From Acidimicrobiia bacterium (lineage in GTDB: Bacteria > Actinomycetota > Acidimicrobiia > IMCC26256 > PALSA-610), in contig DATBAK010000084.1 of assembly GCA_036271555.1 (NCBI GenBank), positions 15,053 to 79,052 on the forward strand: DNA of 64,000 nt. Reading direction: 5' to 3'. The position numbers and the translations under genes were made by a program. Of this stretch, positions 43,845 to 53,756 are shown piece by piece; the stretch's first letter is position 1; each line of letters begins with the position of its first letter. Below the pieces are notes generated by a model, which had not been told where the DNA came from, ran no database searches, and worked only from the letters and a program-made list of their open reading frames with translations.

Positions 43845-44959
43845 CAGGCGCTCCCCGCCGCGGGCGTCGCCGCAGTGTCGCCGCTCGTGTCGGCGGCGGC
43901 CGGCGACTGGTTGTGCGCGAGCGCGTCGGCTCCCTCGGGGGTGCCGACCGGGTAGAAGCACGCGAACTCGTGACCGGGCGTGCCGCGCGACTCGAGCGGT
44001 GGCTCCTCTTCGTGGCAGCGCGCCTGCGCGTACGGGCAGCGCGGCGCGAAGTTGCAGCCCTTGGGCGGGTGCACGAGATCGGGCGGACGCCCCGCGATCG
44101 AGTCGAGGCGCGAGTGGCTCGGAAGCGCGAGCTTCGGGATCGATTTCATCAGCGCTTCGGTGTACGGGTGGCGCATCTGGCTGAAGAGCGTGCGCGCCGG
44201 CGCCTTCTCGACGATCTTGCCGGCGTACATCACCGCGATGTCGTCGGCGCGTCCCGCCACGACGCCGAGGTCGTGCGTCACGAGGATCATCGCCATGAAC
44301 CGCTCGCGCTGCTGCGTCTGGAGCAGGTCGAGGATCTGCGCCTGCACGGTCACGTCGAGCGCGGTCGTCGGCTCGTCGGCGAACAGCATCTTCGGGCCGC
44401 ACGCGAGCGCGATCGCGAGCATCACGCGCTGCCGCATGCCTCCTGAGAGCTGGAACGAGTACTCGCGCAGTCGCCGCTGCGGCTCGGGAATGCCCACCGA
44501 TTCGAGCAGCGTGAGCGCGGTCTCTTGCGCGTAGTCGCGCGACACGTCGAGGTGGTACCGCAGCGATTCGGTGATCTGCTTGCCCACGCGCATGACCGGG
44601 TTCAGCGCGGTCATCGGGTCTTGGAACACCATCGACATCTCGGTGCCCCAGTAGTGCTGCATCTCCCTCGGGGTCGCGGCGCCGATCTCCCGACCCTCGA
44701 ACTTGATGCTCCCGCCGCGCACGACGTTCCGCTTCGGCAGCAGCCCCATGATCGACTTCGACAGGACCGACTTGCCGCTCCCCGACTCACCGACAATGCC
44801 GAGCGTCTTGCCGCGCTCGAGCGAGAACGACACGCCGTCGACCGCGCGCACGACGCCACGGCCCGTCTTGAAATGGGTGATGACGTTGTGGACCTCGAGC
44901 AGCGGACCGTCGAGCGGTGCGTCGGAGAAGCGCTCGCCCACCTTGCGCTTCGGGCTCAT
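43844..44959 (-). CDS. oligopeptide/dipeptide ABC transporter ATP-binding protein (OppD/DppD-like)
   Basis: Walker A GESGSGKS, signature LSGGMRQR, Walker B LFADEPTTALD. Confidence 0.9.
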   Translation of the reverse strand: MSPKRKVGERFSDAPLDGPLLEVHNVITHFKTGRGVVRAVDGVSFSLERGKTLGIVGESGSGKSVLSKSIMGLLPKRNVVRGGSIKFEGREIGAATPREMQHYWGTEMSMVFQDPMTALNPVMRVGKQITESLRYHLDVSRDYAQETALTLLESVGIPEPQRRLREYSFQLSGGMRQRVMLAIALACGPKMLFADEPTTALDVTVQAQILDLLQTQQRERFMAMILVTHDLGVVAGRADDIAVMYAGKIVEKAPARTLFSQMRHPYTEALMKSIPKLALPSHSRLDSIAGRPPDLVHPPKGCNFAPRCPYAQARCHEEEPPLESRGTPGHEFACFYPVGTPEGADALAHNQSPAAADTSGDTAATPAAGSA

Positions 44960-45894
44960 ACCGCCGACTCCCGCACGTTGAAGCGCGCCTGCACGACGTC
45001 GCCGAGGAAGTTGAGCGACAGCACCGTGAGGAACAACGCGACGATCGGGCCGAACACGAGCCAGGGTTCAGTGTTGAGAACCGACGCCGAGCTCGCGATC
45101 AGATTGCCCCACGACGGCTTGACGGTCGGATCGACGCCGACGCCGAGGAAGCTCAAGCCGCCTTCGGCGACGATCACCACGCCGATCGCGAGCAGCGCGA
45201 TCGACAGCATCGCGGGAATCACGTTCGGTAACACCTCGCGCACCATGATGCGGGCGTTCTTCGCGCCTTGCGCGCGCGCGGCCATCACGAACTCGCGCTG
45301 CGACCACGTGAGCGTGCTCGCGCGCGTGATGCGCCCGAGCACCGGTGTCGACACGGTTCCGAGCGCGATGATCAGCACGATCTCGGCGGGCAGGTGGGAT
45401 TTCGTCGGATCGCCCCTGAGGAACGCCGTGAGCGCAAGGGCGAGGATCAGCGCCGGCACCGCGAGCAGCACGTCGAACACGGTGCTGATGATGAGGTCGA
45501 TCGTGCCTCTGAAGTAGCCGGCGATCAGGCCGAGCGTCCCACCGATCAGGATGCCGGCGAGCACCGAGCCGAGCCCGATCTCGAGCGACGTGCGCGCACC
45601 CAGGACGAGGTTCGAGAACTCGTCGTGGCCGACGTCGTCGACGCCGAGCAGGTGGCCGTGGGTGAACGGCTTCGTGCTCGTGTCGTCGAGAAAGACGGTG
45701 CGGTAGCCGTGGATGCCCGGGAGCAAGGTCCCGAGCACTGCGCCGATCAGCACGAGCGCGAGCCAGATGATCGCGAACCAACCGCCGAAGCCGAGCCGAC
45801 GGTTCGGCGCGACCTCGACCCGGGCGGCCGCGTCGGGCGACCCCTCGGGTTCGGTCAGCAGTTCGGGCGACGCCTCGAAACCGATGGTGCTCAT
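44956..45894 (-). CDS. ABC transporter permease (OppC/DppC-like)
   Basis: HLLGVDDVGHDEFSNLV followed by the EAA-type loop REFVMAARAQGAKNARIMVREVLPN. Confidence 0.9.
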   Translation of the reverse strand: MSTIGFEASPELLTEPEGSPDAAARVEVAPNRRLGFGGWFAIIWLALVLIGAVLGTLLPGIHGYRTVFLDDTSTKPFTHGHLLGVDDVGHDEFSNLVLGARTSLEIGLGSVLAGILIGGTLGLIAGYFRGTIDLIISTVFDVLLAVPALILALALTAFLRGDPTKSHLPAEIVLIIALGTVSTPVLGRITRASTLTWSQREFVMAARAQGAKNARIMVREVLPNVIPAMLSIALLAIGVVIVAEGGLSFLGVGVDPTVKPSWGNLIASSASVLNTEPWLVFGPIVALFLTVLSLNFLGDVVQARFNVRESAV

Positions 45895-45918
45895 GCGGCT
45901 TGTCCGTCCACGTCCTGG

Positions 45919-46875
45919 CTACCGGAGCGCGGCCATGCTGCGCACTCTGGGATCGAGCTTCATGTAGAGCAGGTCGATGAGCGTGTTCACCACGACGTAG
46001 CCGATCGCCAAGATCGCGACGATGCTCTGCACCGCGATGAACTGCTGCGCGCGGATGTTCGATGCGAGCAACAGGCCCATGCCCGGGAGCTGGAAGACGA
46101 CCTCGATCACGACTGCACCGCCGATGAGCGCGCCGACGTTGAGCCCCGCGACGGTGAGCACCGTGAGGCTCGAGGGACGGAGCGCGTGCCGCCAGAGGAT
46201 GTGCCGAGACGGCATCCCTTTGGCCTTCGCCATTGTGATGAAGTCTTCCTGCAGCGTCGCGATCATGTCGGTCCGCAACAGTCGCATGTAGCCCGCGATC
46301 TGTCCGGTCGCGAGGCTGATCGCCGGGAGCGCCATGCTCCTGAAGTGTTTGACCAGACCCTGCGACGGGTGCGCGTACTGACCCGGCGGTAACCATCTCA
46401 GCTTCACGCCCACGACGTAGGCGAGCACGAGTCCGAGGGCGAAGTCGGGGAACGCGATCGCGCCGAACGCGGTCGCGTTCACTAATCGGTCGAACCAGGT
46501 GCCTTCCCAGAACGCGCTGAACACCCCTAACGGGATCGCGATCAGCACCGTGAGGATCAGCGAGTACAGCATCAGCTGCAGCGACACCGGCAGCGAGCTG
46601 CTGACATCGGGCGCGACCTTGTCGACGCCCGACGAGCGGTAGTAGTTGCCGAGGTTGCCGTGCGAGAAGTTCGACAGCCAATGCCAGTACTGCTCGTAGA
46701 CCGGCTCGTCGAGATGCGCGTCGTGCTTCAGCTTGTCGCGAACGCTCGCGGGTGCGAACGCGGCGATCGTCGTGACCGGATCACCCGGAAGGAGGTCGAG
46801 CAGCAGGTACGAGAAGAACGACACGCAGATCAGCACGACCACGAGGCGACCGAGTCGCCGCAGCCAGAAGCCCAC
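45919..46875 (-). CDS. ABC transporter permease (OppB/DppB-like)
   Basis: FFSYLLLDLLPGDP, followed by EDFITMAKAKGMPSRHILWRHALRP. Confidence 0.9.
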   Translation of the reverse strand: MGFWLRRLGRLVVVLICVSFFSYLLLDLLPGDPVTTIAAFAPASVRDKLKHDAHLDEPVYEQYWHWLSNFSHGNLGNYYRSSGVDKVAPDVSSSLPVSLQLMLYSLILTVLIAIPLGVFSAFWEGTWFDRLVNATAFGAIAFPDFALGLVLAYVVGVKLRWLPPGQYAHPSQGLVKHFRSMALPAISLATGQIAGYMRLLRTDMIATLQEDFITMAKAKGMPSRHILWRHALRPSSLTVLTVAGLNVGALIGGAVVIEVVFQLPGMGLLLASNIRAQQFIAVQSIVAILAIGYVVVNTLIDLLYMKLDPRVRSMAALR

Positions 46876-46933
46876 GTGCCGTTCCCTCCGTTCCTACTGC
46901 TCGAACCGTTCCTCCGTGCGACCGGTCACGCGG

Positions 46934-48646
46934 TCACTTCGACAGCCAGACGCCGGCCGGGTCGATGCCGCTCGTGAAGCCCGGGAACGGCTGGTCGCCG
47001 TTGGGAAGCGGCAGGTTGCCGATGCCGTGGACGTTGTTCTGCGCGGGAACGGTCCAGTCGGAGTACCAACCCCACGCGTCGTAGACCTGCTTCGCGAACT
47101 CGCGGTTGACGTCCTCGTAGTCCTTCGTCCGCTGCGCGACGTCCGTCGCGCTGCGGCCGTCCTCGAGCGCCTTGTTGATCACCGCGTCGTTGAACCCGTT
47201 GAAGTTCACGAGGTTGTCGCACGGCTGTCCGGCGGGCGAGTCGCAGTGCCACCACACCCACTCGGTGTCGGGGTCGAACCCGGCGTGGTTGCGCCACGCC
47301 GTCGCCTGGAACTGCTTGCCGATGACGTCGTTGATGCCCTGCGACTCGTCGACCGACTGCACACCCATCTTGATCCCGACCTGCGAGAGGTAGGTCTTGA
47401 TGAGGTCGATCGTCTTCAAGCCTTCGGGGTCGGTGCCCGGGGACAGGTACGTGAAGGAGAGGTCCTTGCCCGTCTGCTGCTTGTACATGGCGACGTATTG
47501 CTTCGCCTTCGTCGGGTTGTACTGCGGCAGGCCCGAGTCCTTGAGGTAGCCCATCACACCCGGACCGAACGGACCCTGCGCGAGCGGGCTCACATCCTTG
47601 TTCCGGAGCTTGTTCTCCTGCGGCGCGTTCACCGCGTACGCGAACGCGAGCCGCGCGTTGATGTTGTCGAACGGTGGCTTCGTCACGTTGAACAACGTGT
47701 ACGCGAGCTCCGGGTACTTCTGCGACTCGGTGAGCTGGATCTTGTGCGATGCGGCCAGCGAGCGGTACTGCACGATGTTGATCGCGCCGTCGTCCAGAGC
47801 AAGGCTGATGTTGCCCGACTGGATCCCGTTCAGCATCGTCGAGCTGTCGACGATCGGCTTGAACGTGATCTGGTCGAGGTACGGCAGCTGCACGCCGTTC
47901 GCGTCCTTGCGCCAGTAGTTCGGGTTGCGCGTCGCGATGAACGCGTCGTTCACCTTCCAGCTCTTCTCGATGAACGGCCCGGTGCCGACGAGGTGCTTGG
48001 CACAGTTGTTCTTGTCGTCGAGCTGCGCCTGTCCCATCATGCCGACGCGAGCCGCGCCGTAGAGGTATGCGGGGAACGCGGTCCACGGCACCGTGTCGAC
48101 CTGCACGGTCATCGGGTCGACGACCGTCGTGCTCTTGACGTAGGCGCCGAACACGAACTTGAAGAGCAACGGTGCCCGGTTCGGGTACGCGCCGCGGTAG
48201 GCGTCGAGGTTGTTCTTCACGACGGTCGCGTCGAGCGCGGTGCCGTCGGAGAACTTGATGTTCGGACGCAGCTTGATCGTCCACTGCGTGTTCGTCGCGT
48301 TCGGCGTGACCGACTCCGCGAGCATGCCGACGTACTCGTCCTTCGAGTTCGGCACCGTCAGCGTGTCGTAGATGGCGCGGGCCACCTGCTCACCGGAGAT
48401 CGCGAGCTGCGCCTCGGCCAGGCAGTAGCCGGCGCTCGTCTCGGCAGGGAGCGCCCAGACGACCGAGCCGCCTTTGACCGCCGTGCCCGACGTGGTCGGC
48501 GTCGTCGCCGGGTTGTTGCCGTTGGTGCCGTTGGCGCTGCTGCCGCTGCTGGAACACGCGGATGCGACGAGCGCGAGCGCGACGACGAGCGCGGCGCCGC
48601 CGATCCCGATCGTCGAGCGTCGGCGCGCGCGAAGCGATGTGGCCAC
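46934..48646 (-). CDS. ABC transporter substrate-binding lipoprotein, family 5 (peptide/nickel type)
   Basis: GTG at 48646 follows GGGGGGAAC. Has a lipobox (LVASAC) and a family-5 SBP pattern (GGSVVWAL.., TFKLRPNIKFSDGT, DPDTEW). The ORF-track start at 48721 is rejected. Confidence 0.85.
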   Translation of the reverse strand: MATSLRARRRSTIGIGGAALVVALALVASACSSSGSSANGTNGNNPATTPTTSGTAVKGGSVVWALPAETSAGYCLAEAQLAISGEQVARAIYDTLTVPNSKDEYVGMLAESVTPNATNTQWTIKLRPNIKFSDGTALDATVVKNNLDAYRGAYPNRAPLLFKFVFGAYVKSTTVVDPMTVQVDTVPWTAFPAYLYGAARVGMMGQAQLDDKNNCAKHLVGTGPFIEKSWKVNDAFIATRNPNYWRKDANGVQLPYLDQITFKPIVDSSTMLNGIQSGNISLALDDGAINIVQYRSLAASHKIQLTESQKYPELAYTLFNVTKPPFDNINARLAFAYAVNAPQENKLRNKDVSPLAQGPFGPGVMGYLKDSGLPQYNPTKAKQYVAMYKQQTGKDLSFTYLSPGTDPEGLKTIDLIKTYLSQVGIKMGVQSVDESQGINDVIGKQFQATAWRNHAGFDPDTEWVWWHCDSPAGQPCDNLVNFNGFNDAVINKALEDGRSATDVAQRTKDYEDVNREFAKQVYDAWGWYSDWTVPAQNNVHGIGNLPLPNGDQPFPGFTSGIDPAGVWLSK

Positions 48647-48820
48647 GTTCCCCCCTGCTGTCCGAATGCCGTCCGTACCGGTTTGCACCGGGACCCGAGT
48701 GCCTCCGTCTCGTTGTCGCACCGGTCCTCAGCCGGTGTGACGGGAGTCACATTGTGAGTGTATCGGCGCAAGTTAAGGACGCCACGTCGGCCTGTCAATC
48801 GAACCCGCGTTTCTCCCGGC

Positions 48821-49004
48821 TCGGGATCTGGCTCGGGATCTGATCGAGTTCGGTGACGCGTCGCGTCGCCTGAACCGATCAGTTCGCCGGAGCTCTCGGC
48901 CGCCGGTGACGCCGGGTCGATGATCTGATCGAGCTCGGCGACGCGTCGGGTCGATGATCTGATCGAGCCCGGCGACGCGTCGCGTCACCTGAACCGATCA
49001 GTTC
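48821..49004. repeat. cluster of palindromic repeat family B (two full copies 48837-48885 and 48956-49004, one half copy 48922-48950)
   Basis: Units read GATCTGATCGAG-n4-G(T/C)GACGCGTCGCGTC(G/A)C-CTGAACCGATCAGTTC. Each can fold as a long hairpin. Both full copies share a conserved tail, GCnGnAGCnCTCGGC. Confidence 0.7.
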
Positions 49005-49055
49005 GCAGCAGCCCTCGGCTGCCCTGTGGACGGCCCTGTTGGTGCGTGTTCGGCG

Positions 49056-50588
49056 TCAGCGCGCGAGCGTCGCGAGGTTGCGGTGACCGGGCCCGGTCGG
49101 CAGATCGAGCGCCGTCGACTCGAGCTGGACCCGTTGTCCGACGAGCTCCTCGGACTCCGCGCACGCCATCAACTCGGCATCGCTCGACCGCGCGTAGGTG
49201 CGGCACGAACCGTCGGATTCGACGTCACACACGAGCAGCGCCCACTCGGGCCCGCCGTCACGCCCGTGCACGACGGAATACGCGGCGACGGTCGCGTCGC
49301 CGTCCCACGTGTCCGCGATGACCGCTTGATCCACCTCGTCGAGCGCCGCTTGCACGCTCATCTGATCGGGGGGCGTCACGGCCGCAGGAGTCGTCGAGTA
49401 CACGCCGAAGACGTGCTTCGTCATCGTCATGCCGACGCCGCTGACCATGCCCAACGCACCCGGATCACCGCGCAACACGCGCGCCATCTGCGCGATCGAG
49501 TGGGTCATGTACCCGCTGCCCGGACCGCCGTGATACGGCAGCCCGCCGGTGACGCTCAGAGGTCGCGCGTCGTCGGGCTCGAGTCCGAGAGCGTCGCGAG
49601 CAAAGTTCAGGCTGCTGCCGAAGCAGCTGTAGAGATCGAAGTGCGCGAGATCGTCGATCGCGACGTTCGCCTGTTGCGCGGCCGCGCTCGCAGCCGCCGC
49701 CATCGCCGGCGATCGCCACATCTCGCGATGCTCGGCGACGTAGACGGGATCGGTCGCGTAGCACCATCCCCGCAGGTAGACCCGTAGGTCGGCGGGGACA
49801 CCGAGCGCGTCGGCGCGCTCGTGACTCGTCACGATCAACGCGGCCGCCATGTCGATGTCCATGATCGCGACCATGTACTTCGTGTACGGGTAGCCGACCA
49901 TGCGGTTGCCGGCCGACGGCGTGACGAGCTCGTCGGCGGTCCGCTCGATCGGAAACCACGCGTCCGGATTGCGCGCCGCGATCTCCGTCAGCGGCGCCAT
50001 CATCTCGCCGATCTCACGTCGGTAGAGGTCGAGTGGTTCTGCGCGGTGGGCGCGGCGCGCGTTGTCGAACACGGCGAACGTGAGCCAGGCCTGGAACACC
50101 TCGTGCGCGATCTCGGCCGGGTGCATCGGCGCTTCCCACGGATACGGCCGCTTCTCGGCGGGCCGGAACGAATAGGCGATGCGCTCGCCCTTCTGCTTCG
50201 CCTTGCGTTGCGTGGCGAGCGCTTCCGCGCTCGCGATGAGGACGACGTCGCGCTCGTTCTTCAGGATCGCTTCGGCCGCCGTCGACACGAGCTGCTGTGT
50301 CGTGGTGCCACCGATCCCCGAGTAATACCGGTGGCGGGGCGAGATGCCGAGCGTCTCGGCAAGGCGCGCGGGCGGGTCGTCGTACTGCGTGGTCTGGCAG
50401 TAGACGACGTTGACACTGTCGACCGCGTTCAGGACGTCGCGGCCTCGCGAATCGGTTGCGGCCGCGCGCGCGACGTCGACCCACATGGCGAGCGGCTCGG
50501 GTGCACCGGCTTCGCCAACGTCGTCCGGGTGCCAGGTGCGACTGCCGACGCCGATGATGCAGGGTGTGCGCGGATCGACCGCGTTCAT
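49056..50588 (-). CDS. thiolase-like protein (acetyl-CoA acetyltransferase family) with C-terminal OB-fold-like extension
   Basis: ATG at 50588 sits in an ATGA overlap with the hydratase stop. The thiolase-fold pattern is present (CIIGVGSRTW.., GGLPYHGGPGSGY, GVGMTMTKH), plus a ~110-aa extra C-terminal domain. The ORF-track start at 51392 is rejected. Confidence 0.7.
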   Translation of the reverse strand: MNAVDPRTPCIIGVGSRTWHPDDVGEAGAPEPLAMWVDVARAAATDSRGRDVLNAVDSVNVVYCQTTQYDDPPARLAETLGISPRHRYYSGIGGTTTQQLVSTAAEAILKNERDVVLIASAEALATQRKAKQKGERIAYSFRPAEKRPYPWEAPMHPAEIAHEVFQAWLTFAVFDNARRAHRAEPLDLYRREIGEMMAPLTEIAARNPDAWFPIERTADELVTPSAGNRMVGYPYTKYMVAIMDIDMAAALIVTSHERADALGVPADLRVYLRGWCYATDPVYVAEHREMWRSPAMAAAASAAAQQANVAIDDLAHFDLYSCFGSSLNFARDALGLEPDDARPLSVTGGLPYHGGPGSGYMTHSIAQMARVLRGDPGALGMVSGVGMTMTKHVFGVYSTTPAAVTPPDQMSVQAALDEVDQAVIADTWDGDATVAAYSVVHGRDGGPEWALLVCDVESDGSCRTYARSSDAELMACAESEELVGQRVQLESTALDLPTGPGHRNLATLAR

Positions 50589-51532
50589 CGACCCTGCCAG
50601 TTGGGCTTTCGTTTCTCGGCGAACGCCTTGGGCCCTTCCCGCGCGTCCTCCGTCTGGAAGATCGCGCTCGAGAGCCGGCTCTCCTTCTCGAATGCGGTGC
50701 GCAGCTCCTTGCCGAGCGACTCGAGGATGACCGCGCTGTTCGCGATCGCGGTCGTCGCCGTCTCGGCGTTGCCAGGCTCGATCGTCAGCAGCGCTTCCCG
50801 CAGCTTGCGCACCGCGCCACGCAGTTGCTTCGTCGTGTCCTCGTCGTGGTACAGGCCCTGCAGCGCGCTCTGCTTCGTCGCCTTCACCGCGAGCGGCGCG
50901 TTCGCGGTCATGCGGTTCGCGAACTCGTACGCCTTGTCGAGCAGCTGCTCTCTCGGGACGATCGCGTTCAGGAGGCCCATGTCGTAGGCGCGTTGCGCGT
51001 CGACGAGATCCGCACAGAGCAGGAACTCCATCGCCTGCGCCCACGGCACTTGGCGCGGCAGTCGGACCGTCGTTCCGCCGCCCGCGAACAAGCCGCGCTT
51101 CGGTTCCATGACCGCGAACTTCGCTTCGGGGCACGCGACCCGGATGTCGACACCGCCGAGCATCTCCATGCCGCCGGCGGTGCAGAAGCCGTTGACCGCA
51201 GCGACGACGGGCTTGTAGAGCGGCCAGTTGCGGAGCACGGCGCGAGTGCCGTCGTCGAGGCGATAGCCGTTGATCTCGGTCAGGCCTTCTTCCGCGATCT
51301 GCTTCTGGAGCTTCGTGATCTCGGGGACGTACTTCTTGAGGTCCGCGCCGGTGAAGAACGCGTCGTCGACGCCCGTGATGATCGCAACCCACGCGTCGTC
51401 GTCCTGATCGAATCGCTCCCAGGCTTCGCGCAGGAGCTTGAAGTGCTCCATGTCGCAGGAGTTGCGTGCTTCGGGCCGGTCGATCGTGATGAGCACGACA
51501 TGCGAGTCGTTGCGCTCGTAGTGAATCGCCAT
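50585..51532 (-). CDS. enoyl-CoA hydratase/isomerase (crotonase) family protein
   Basis: VVLITIDRPEARNS, FFTGADLK, AAVNGFCTAGGMEM and EPKRGLFAGGG. Confidence 0.85.
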   Translation of the reverse strand: MAIHYERNDSHVVLITIDRPEARNSCDMEHFKLLREAWERFDQDDDAWVAIITGVDDAFFTGADLKKYVPEITKLQKQIAEEGLTEINGYRLDDGTRAVLRNWPLYKPVVAAVNGFCTAGGMEMLGGVDIRVACPEAKFAVMEPKRGLFAGGGTTVRLPRQVPWAQAMEFLLCADLVDAQRAYDMGLLNAIVPREQLLDKAYEFANRMTANAPLAVKATKQSALQGLYHDEDTTKQLRGAVRKLREALLTIEPGNAETATTAIANSAVILESLGKELRTAFEKESRLSSAIFQTEDAREGPKAFAEKRKPNWQGR

Positions 51533-51556
51533 ACGCGTGGCACGTTAGGGGGTGCC

Positions 51557-51612
51557 GGGGATCTGATCGAGTTTGACGACGCTCGCGCGTCGCCTGGCTC
51601 GATCAGATCCCC
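51557..51612. repeat. palindromic repeat family B, copy B2
   Basis: GGGGATCTGATCGAG-tttgacgacgctcgcgcgtcgcctgg-CTCGATCAGATCCCC, with perfect 15-bp arms. Confidence 0.7.
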
Positions 51613-51725
51613 CGTACCCCCGCTTCCCCGTCGCACCCGCGTGCGATCCTGCGCGCGGTTGTCGTCGAATCGACGCGACCCGGCTTCCCCCGTCGATGGT
51701 CTTCGAGCAGAACCGGGAAGCCTCC

Positions 51726-52664
51726 ATGAAGCGACGAATGGCCGACGGCGCGATCGCACGCGTCGCCGCACTGCAACACGGCCTCTTCACGCGCGCCGAC
51801 GCCCACTCGGTGGGCCTCACTGACCGGCAGCTTCGACTGCGCGTCGCGCAGGGTCGGATCGAGCGACTCTCACGGCACGCGTTTCGGATCGCCGGACACC
51901 CGACCACCTGGCGACAGCGGCTACTCGCCGCCTGTCTCGCCGCCGGCCCCGGCGCGGCCGCTTCCCATCGAAGCGCCGCCGCACTCCACCGCTTCGACGA
52001 CTTCGCGCCGGGCGTCGTCGAGATCACCGTGCCGCAAGGTCGACGCGACTTCCGCATGGACGGTGTCATCGTGCACAGCTCCGCGTACTGGGGCGATATC
52101 GACGTGTGCGAGGTCGACGGCATCCCCGTTTCGACTCCGGAACGCACGCTCTGCACGCTCGCGGCGGTGACCGACGAGGCGCGCGTCGAACACGCGCTCG
52201 ACGGTGCGGAACGCGACGGCACCGTCAGGCGAGAGGACGTCGCCGAAGCGCATGCCGACGTTCGCGAGCGGGGCCGCAATGGCGTCGCTGCGCTCGGACG
52301 ATTGCTCGAGAAGCGCGCCGACCTGTTGGCAACGCCGCACAGCGTGCTCGAACGACGGTTCCTGCGCGTGCTCGAGGAGCACAACCTTCCGCGGCCCGAG
52401 TGCCAGGTTCCGGTGCGACGGCCCGACGGCCGGATGGCGTATCTCGACTCCGGCTATCCCGATCTGCGTCTCTTCTTCGAGCTCGACGGCAACGTCGCGC
52501 ACGCGACGCCGGCACAGCGATCCGCCGACAACGTGCGCGCCAACGCGCTCGGCTTGCGCGACATTCGCATCGTGCGGTTCACGTATGAGCAGGTCGTCCA
52601 CCAGCCCGAGATGGTCGCGACAACGGTGCGCGCACACCTTCGCGAGCGGCGACGGGCGGCGTGA
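51726..52664 (+). CDS. AbiEi-like N-terminal domain / DUF559 (Vsr-like endonuclease fold) protein
   Basis: GLFTRADAHSVGLTDRQLRLRVAQGRIERL is the AbiEi_4-type wHTH. The C-terminal ...LERRFLRVLEEHNLPRPECQV...DGNVAH...D..R.N.L...G..IVRFTYEQV is the DUF559 pattern. ATG at 51726 follows GGGAAG. Earlier in-frame starts are possible. Confidence 0.7.
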   Translation: MKRRMADGAIARVAALQHGLFTRADAHSVGLTDRQLRLRVAQGRIERLSRHAFRIAGHPTTWRQRLLAACLAAGPGAAASHRSAAALHRFDDFAPGVVEITVPQGRRDFRMDGVIVHSSAYWGDIDVCEVDGIPVSTPERTLCTLAAVTDEARVEHALDGAERDGTVRREDVAEAHADVRERGRNGVAALGRLLEKRADLLATPHSVLERRFLRVLEEHNLPRPECQVPVRRPDGRMAYLDSGYPDLRLFFELDGNVAHATPAQRSADNVRANALGLRDIRIVRFTYEQVVHQPEMVATTVRAHLRERRRAA

Positions 52665-52676
52665 CGCGGCGCCGGC

Positions 52677-52725
52677 GAACTGATCGAGCGAGGTGACGCG
52701 GACGGTCGCTCAACTCGATCAGATC
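52677..52725. repeat. palindromic repeat family B, copy B3
   Basis: GAACTGATCGAG-cgaGGTGACGCGgacggtcgctcaa-CTCGATCAGATC. Confidence 0.65.
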
Positions 52726-52778
52726 CAGGTGGCCTCCCGAAACTGACGGGCGTGTCATGTGCGTGGCAGGATGCGGAC

Positions 52779-53756
52779 GTGACCGATCGACCGAAAGCGC
52801 TGGTGACGGCGCCGTTCCGCGGCGAAGGACTCGACACGCTTCAGGGTCTCGCCGACGTCGTGCTCGATCCTTGGATCGACCAGCCGACGCTCCGTTTGTA
52901 CAAAGCCGAGCAGCTCGCGGAACGGGTGCGGCAGGAGGGCGCGACGATCCTGATCGTCGAGTCCGACTCCGTGAAGGGACCCGTCTTCGACTGCGACCTC
53001 ACGGTCATCGGCTCCTGCCGCGGCGACCCGAACAACGTCGACATCGAAGGCGCGACGAAGGCCGGGATCCCCGTCCTGCGCGCGCCCGGACGCAACGCCG
53101 ACGCCGTCGCGGAGATGACCGTCGCACTCCTCTTCGCGACCAACCGCTTCATCGTCGCCGCGGACCGCGACGTCAGAGCCGAGCAGGTGTACGCGGGCGG
53201 CAAGATCCCCTACCAGCGCTTCCGCGCCTGGCAACTCGCCGGGCGCACCGCCGGCGTCGTCGGACTCGGCGCGGTCGGGCGCGCGACGAAGTGGCGCCTC
53301 GAAGGCCTCGGCATGAAGGTCATCGCCTACGACCCGTACAACTCCGAAGCGACGCACTCGCTCGACGACCTGCTCGCGGAGTCGGACGTGGTGTCGATGC
53401 ACGCGATGGTGACGCCCGAGACGACGGGTCTGATCGGCGCCGCGCAGTTCGCGAAGATGAAGCCCGGCTCGATCTACGTCAACTCGGCGCGCGCCGCGCT
53501 GCACGACACCGACGCGCTCGTCGCGTCGTTGCAGTCGGGTCATCTCGGCGGCGCCGGTCTCGACCACTTCGTCGGGGAGCACCTGCCGAAGGATCACCCG
53601 CTCTGCTCGATGGACAACGTCGTGCTGACACCGCACATCGGCGGCGCGACCTACGACACCGAGGCGAACCACTCGAAGCTCATCGCCGACGACGTGCGAC
53701 GCATCCTCGCCGGCGAGAAGCCCGTCAACTGCGTCAACCCGGAGGTGCTCGCCTGA
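52779..53756 (+). CDS. D-isomer-specific 2-hydroxyacid dehydrogenase (PGDH-like)
   Basis: NAD motif GVVGLGAVGRA and the catalytic region SMHAMVTPET...NSARAAL...TPHIGGAT. The start is uncertain: GTG at 52779 was chosen, and GTG at 52752 is also in frame. Confidence 0.8.
   Translation: MTDRPKALVTAPFRGEGLDTLQGLADVVLDPWIDQPTLRLYKAEQLAERVRQEGATILIVESDSVKGPVFDCDLTVIGSCRGDPNNVDIEGATKAGIPVLRAPGRNADAVAEMTVALLFATNRFIVAADRDVRAEQVYAGGKIPYQRFRAWQLAGRTAGVVGLGAVGRATKWRLEGLGMKVIAYDPYNSEATHSLDDLLAESDVVSMHAMVTPETTGLIGAAQFAKMKPGSIYVNSARAALHDTDALVASLQSGHLGGAGLDHFVGEHLPKDHPLCSMDNVVLTPHIGGATYDTEANHSKLIADDVRRILAGEKPVNCVNPEVLA

Noticed and set aside
46876-46933. Threefold GGAACGG/GGAGGAA motif between the SBP stop and the permease B start
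   Set aside because: It is short, purine-rich and located exactly where a ribosome-binding site is expected. This is most simply read as redundant Shine-Dalgarno-like sequence rather than a distinct element.
48821-49004. Clustered family-B repeats considered as a small CRISPR array
   Set aside because: There are only two full copies and one half copy, with irregular spacing. The units are themselves long palindromes, the flanking tails are also conserved, no cas genes are present, and identical units occur singly elsewhere. This looks like REP/MITE-type behaviour.
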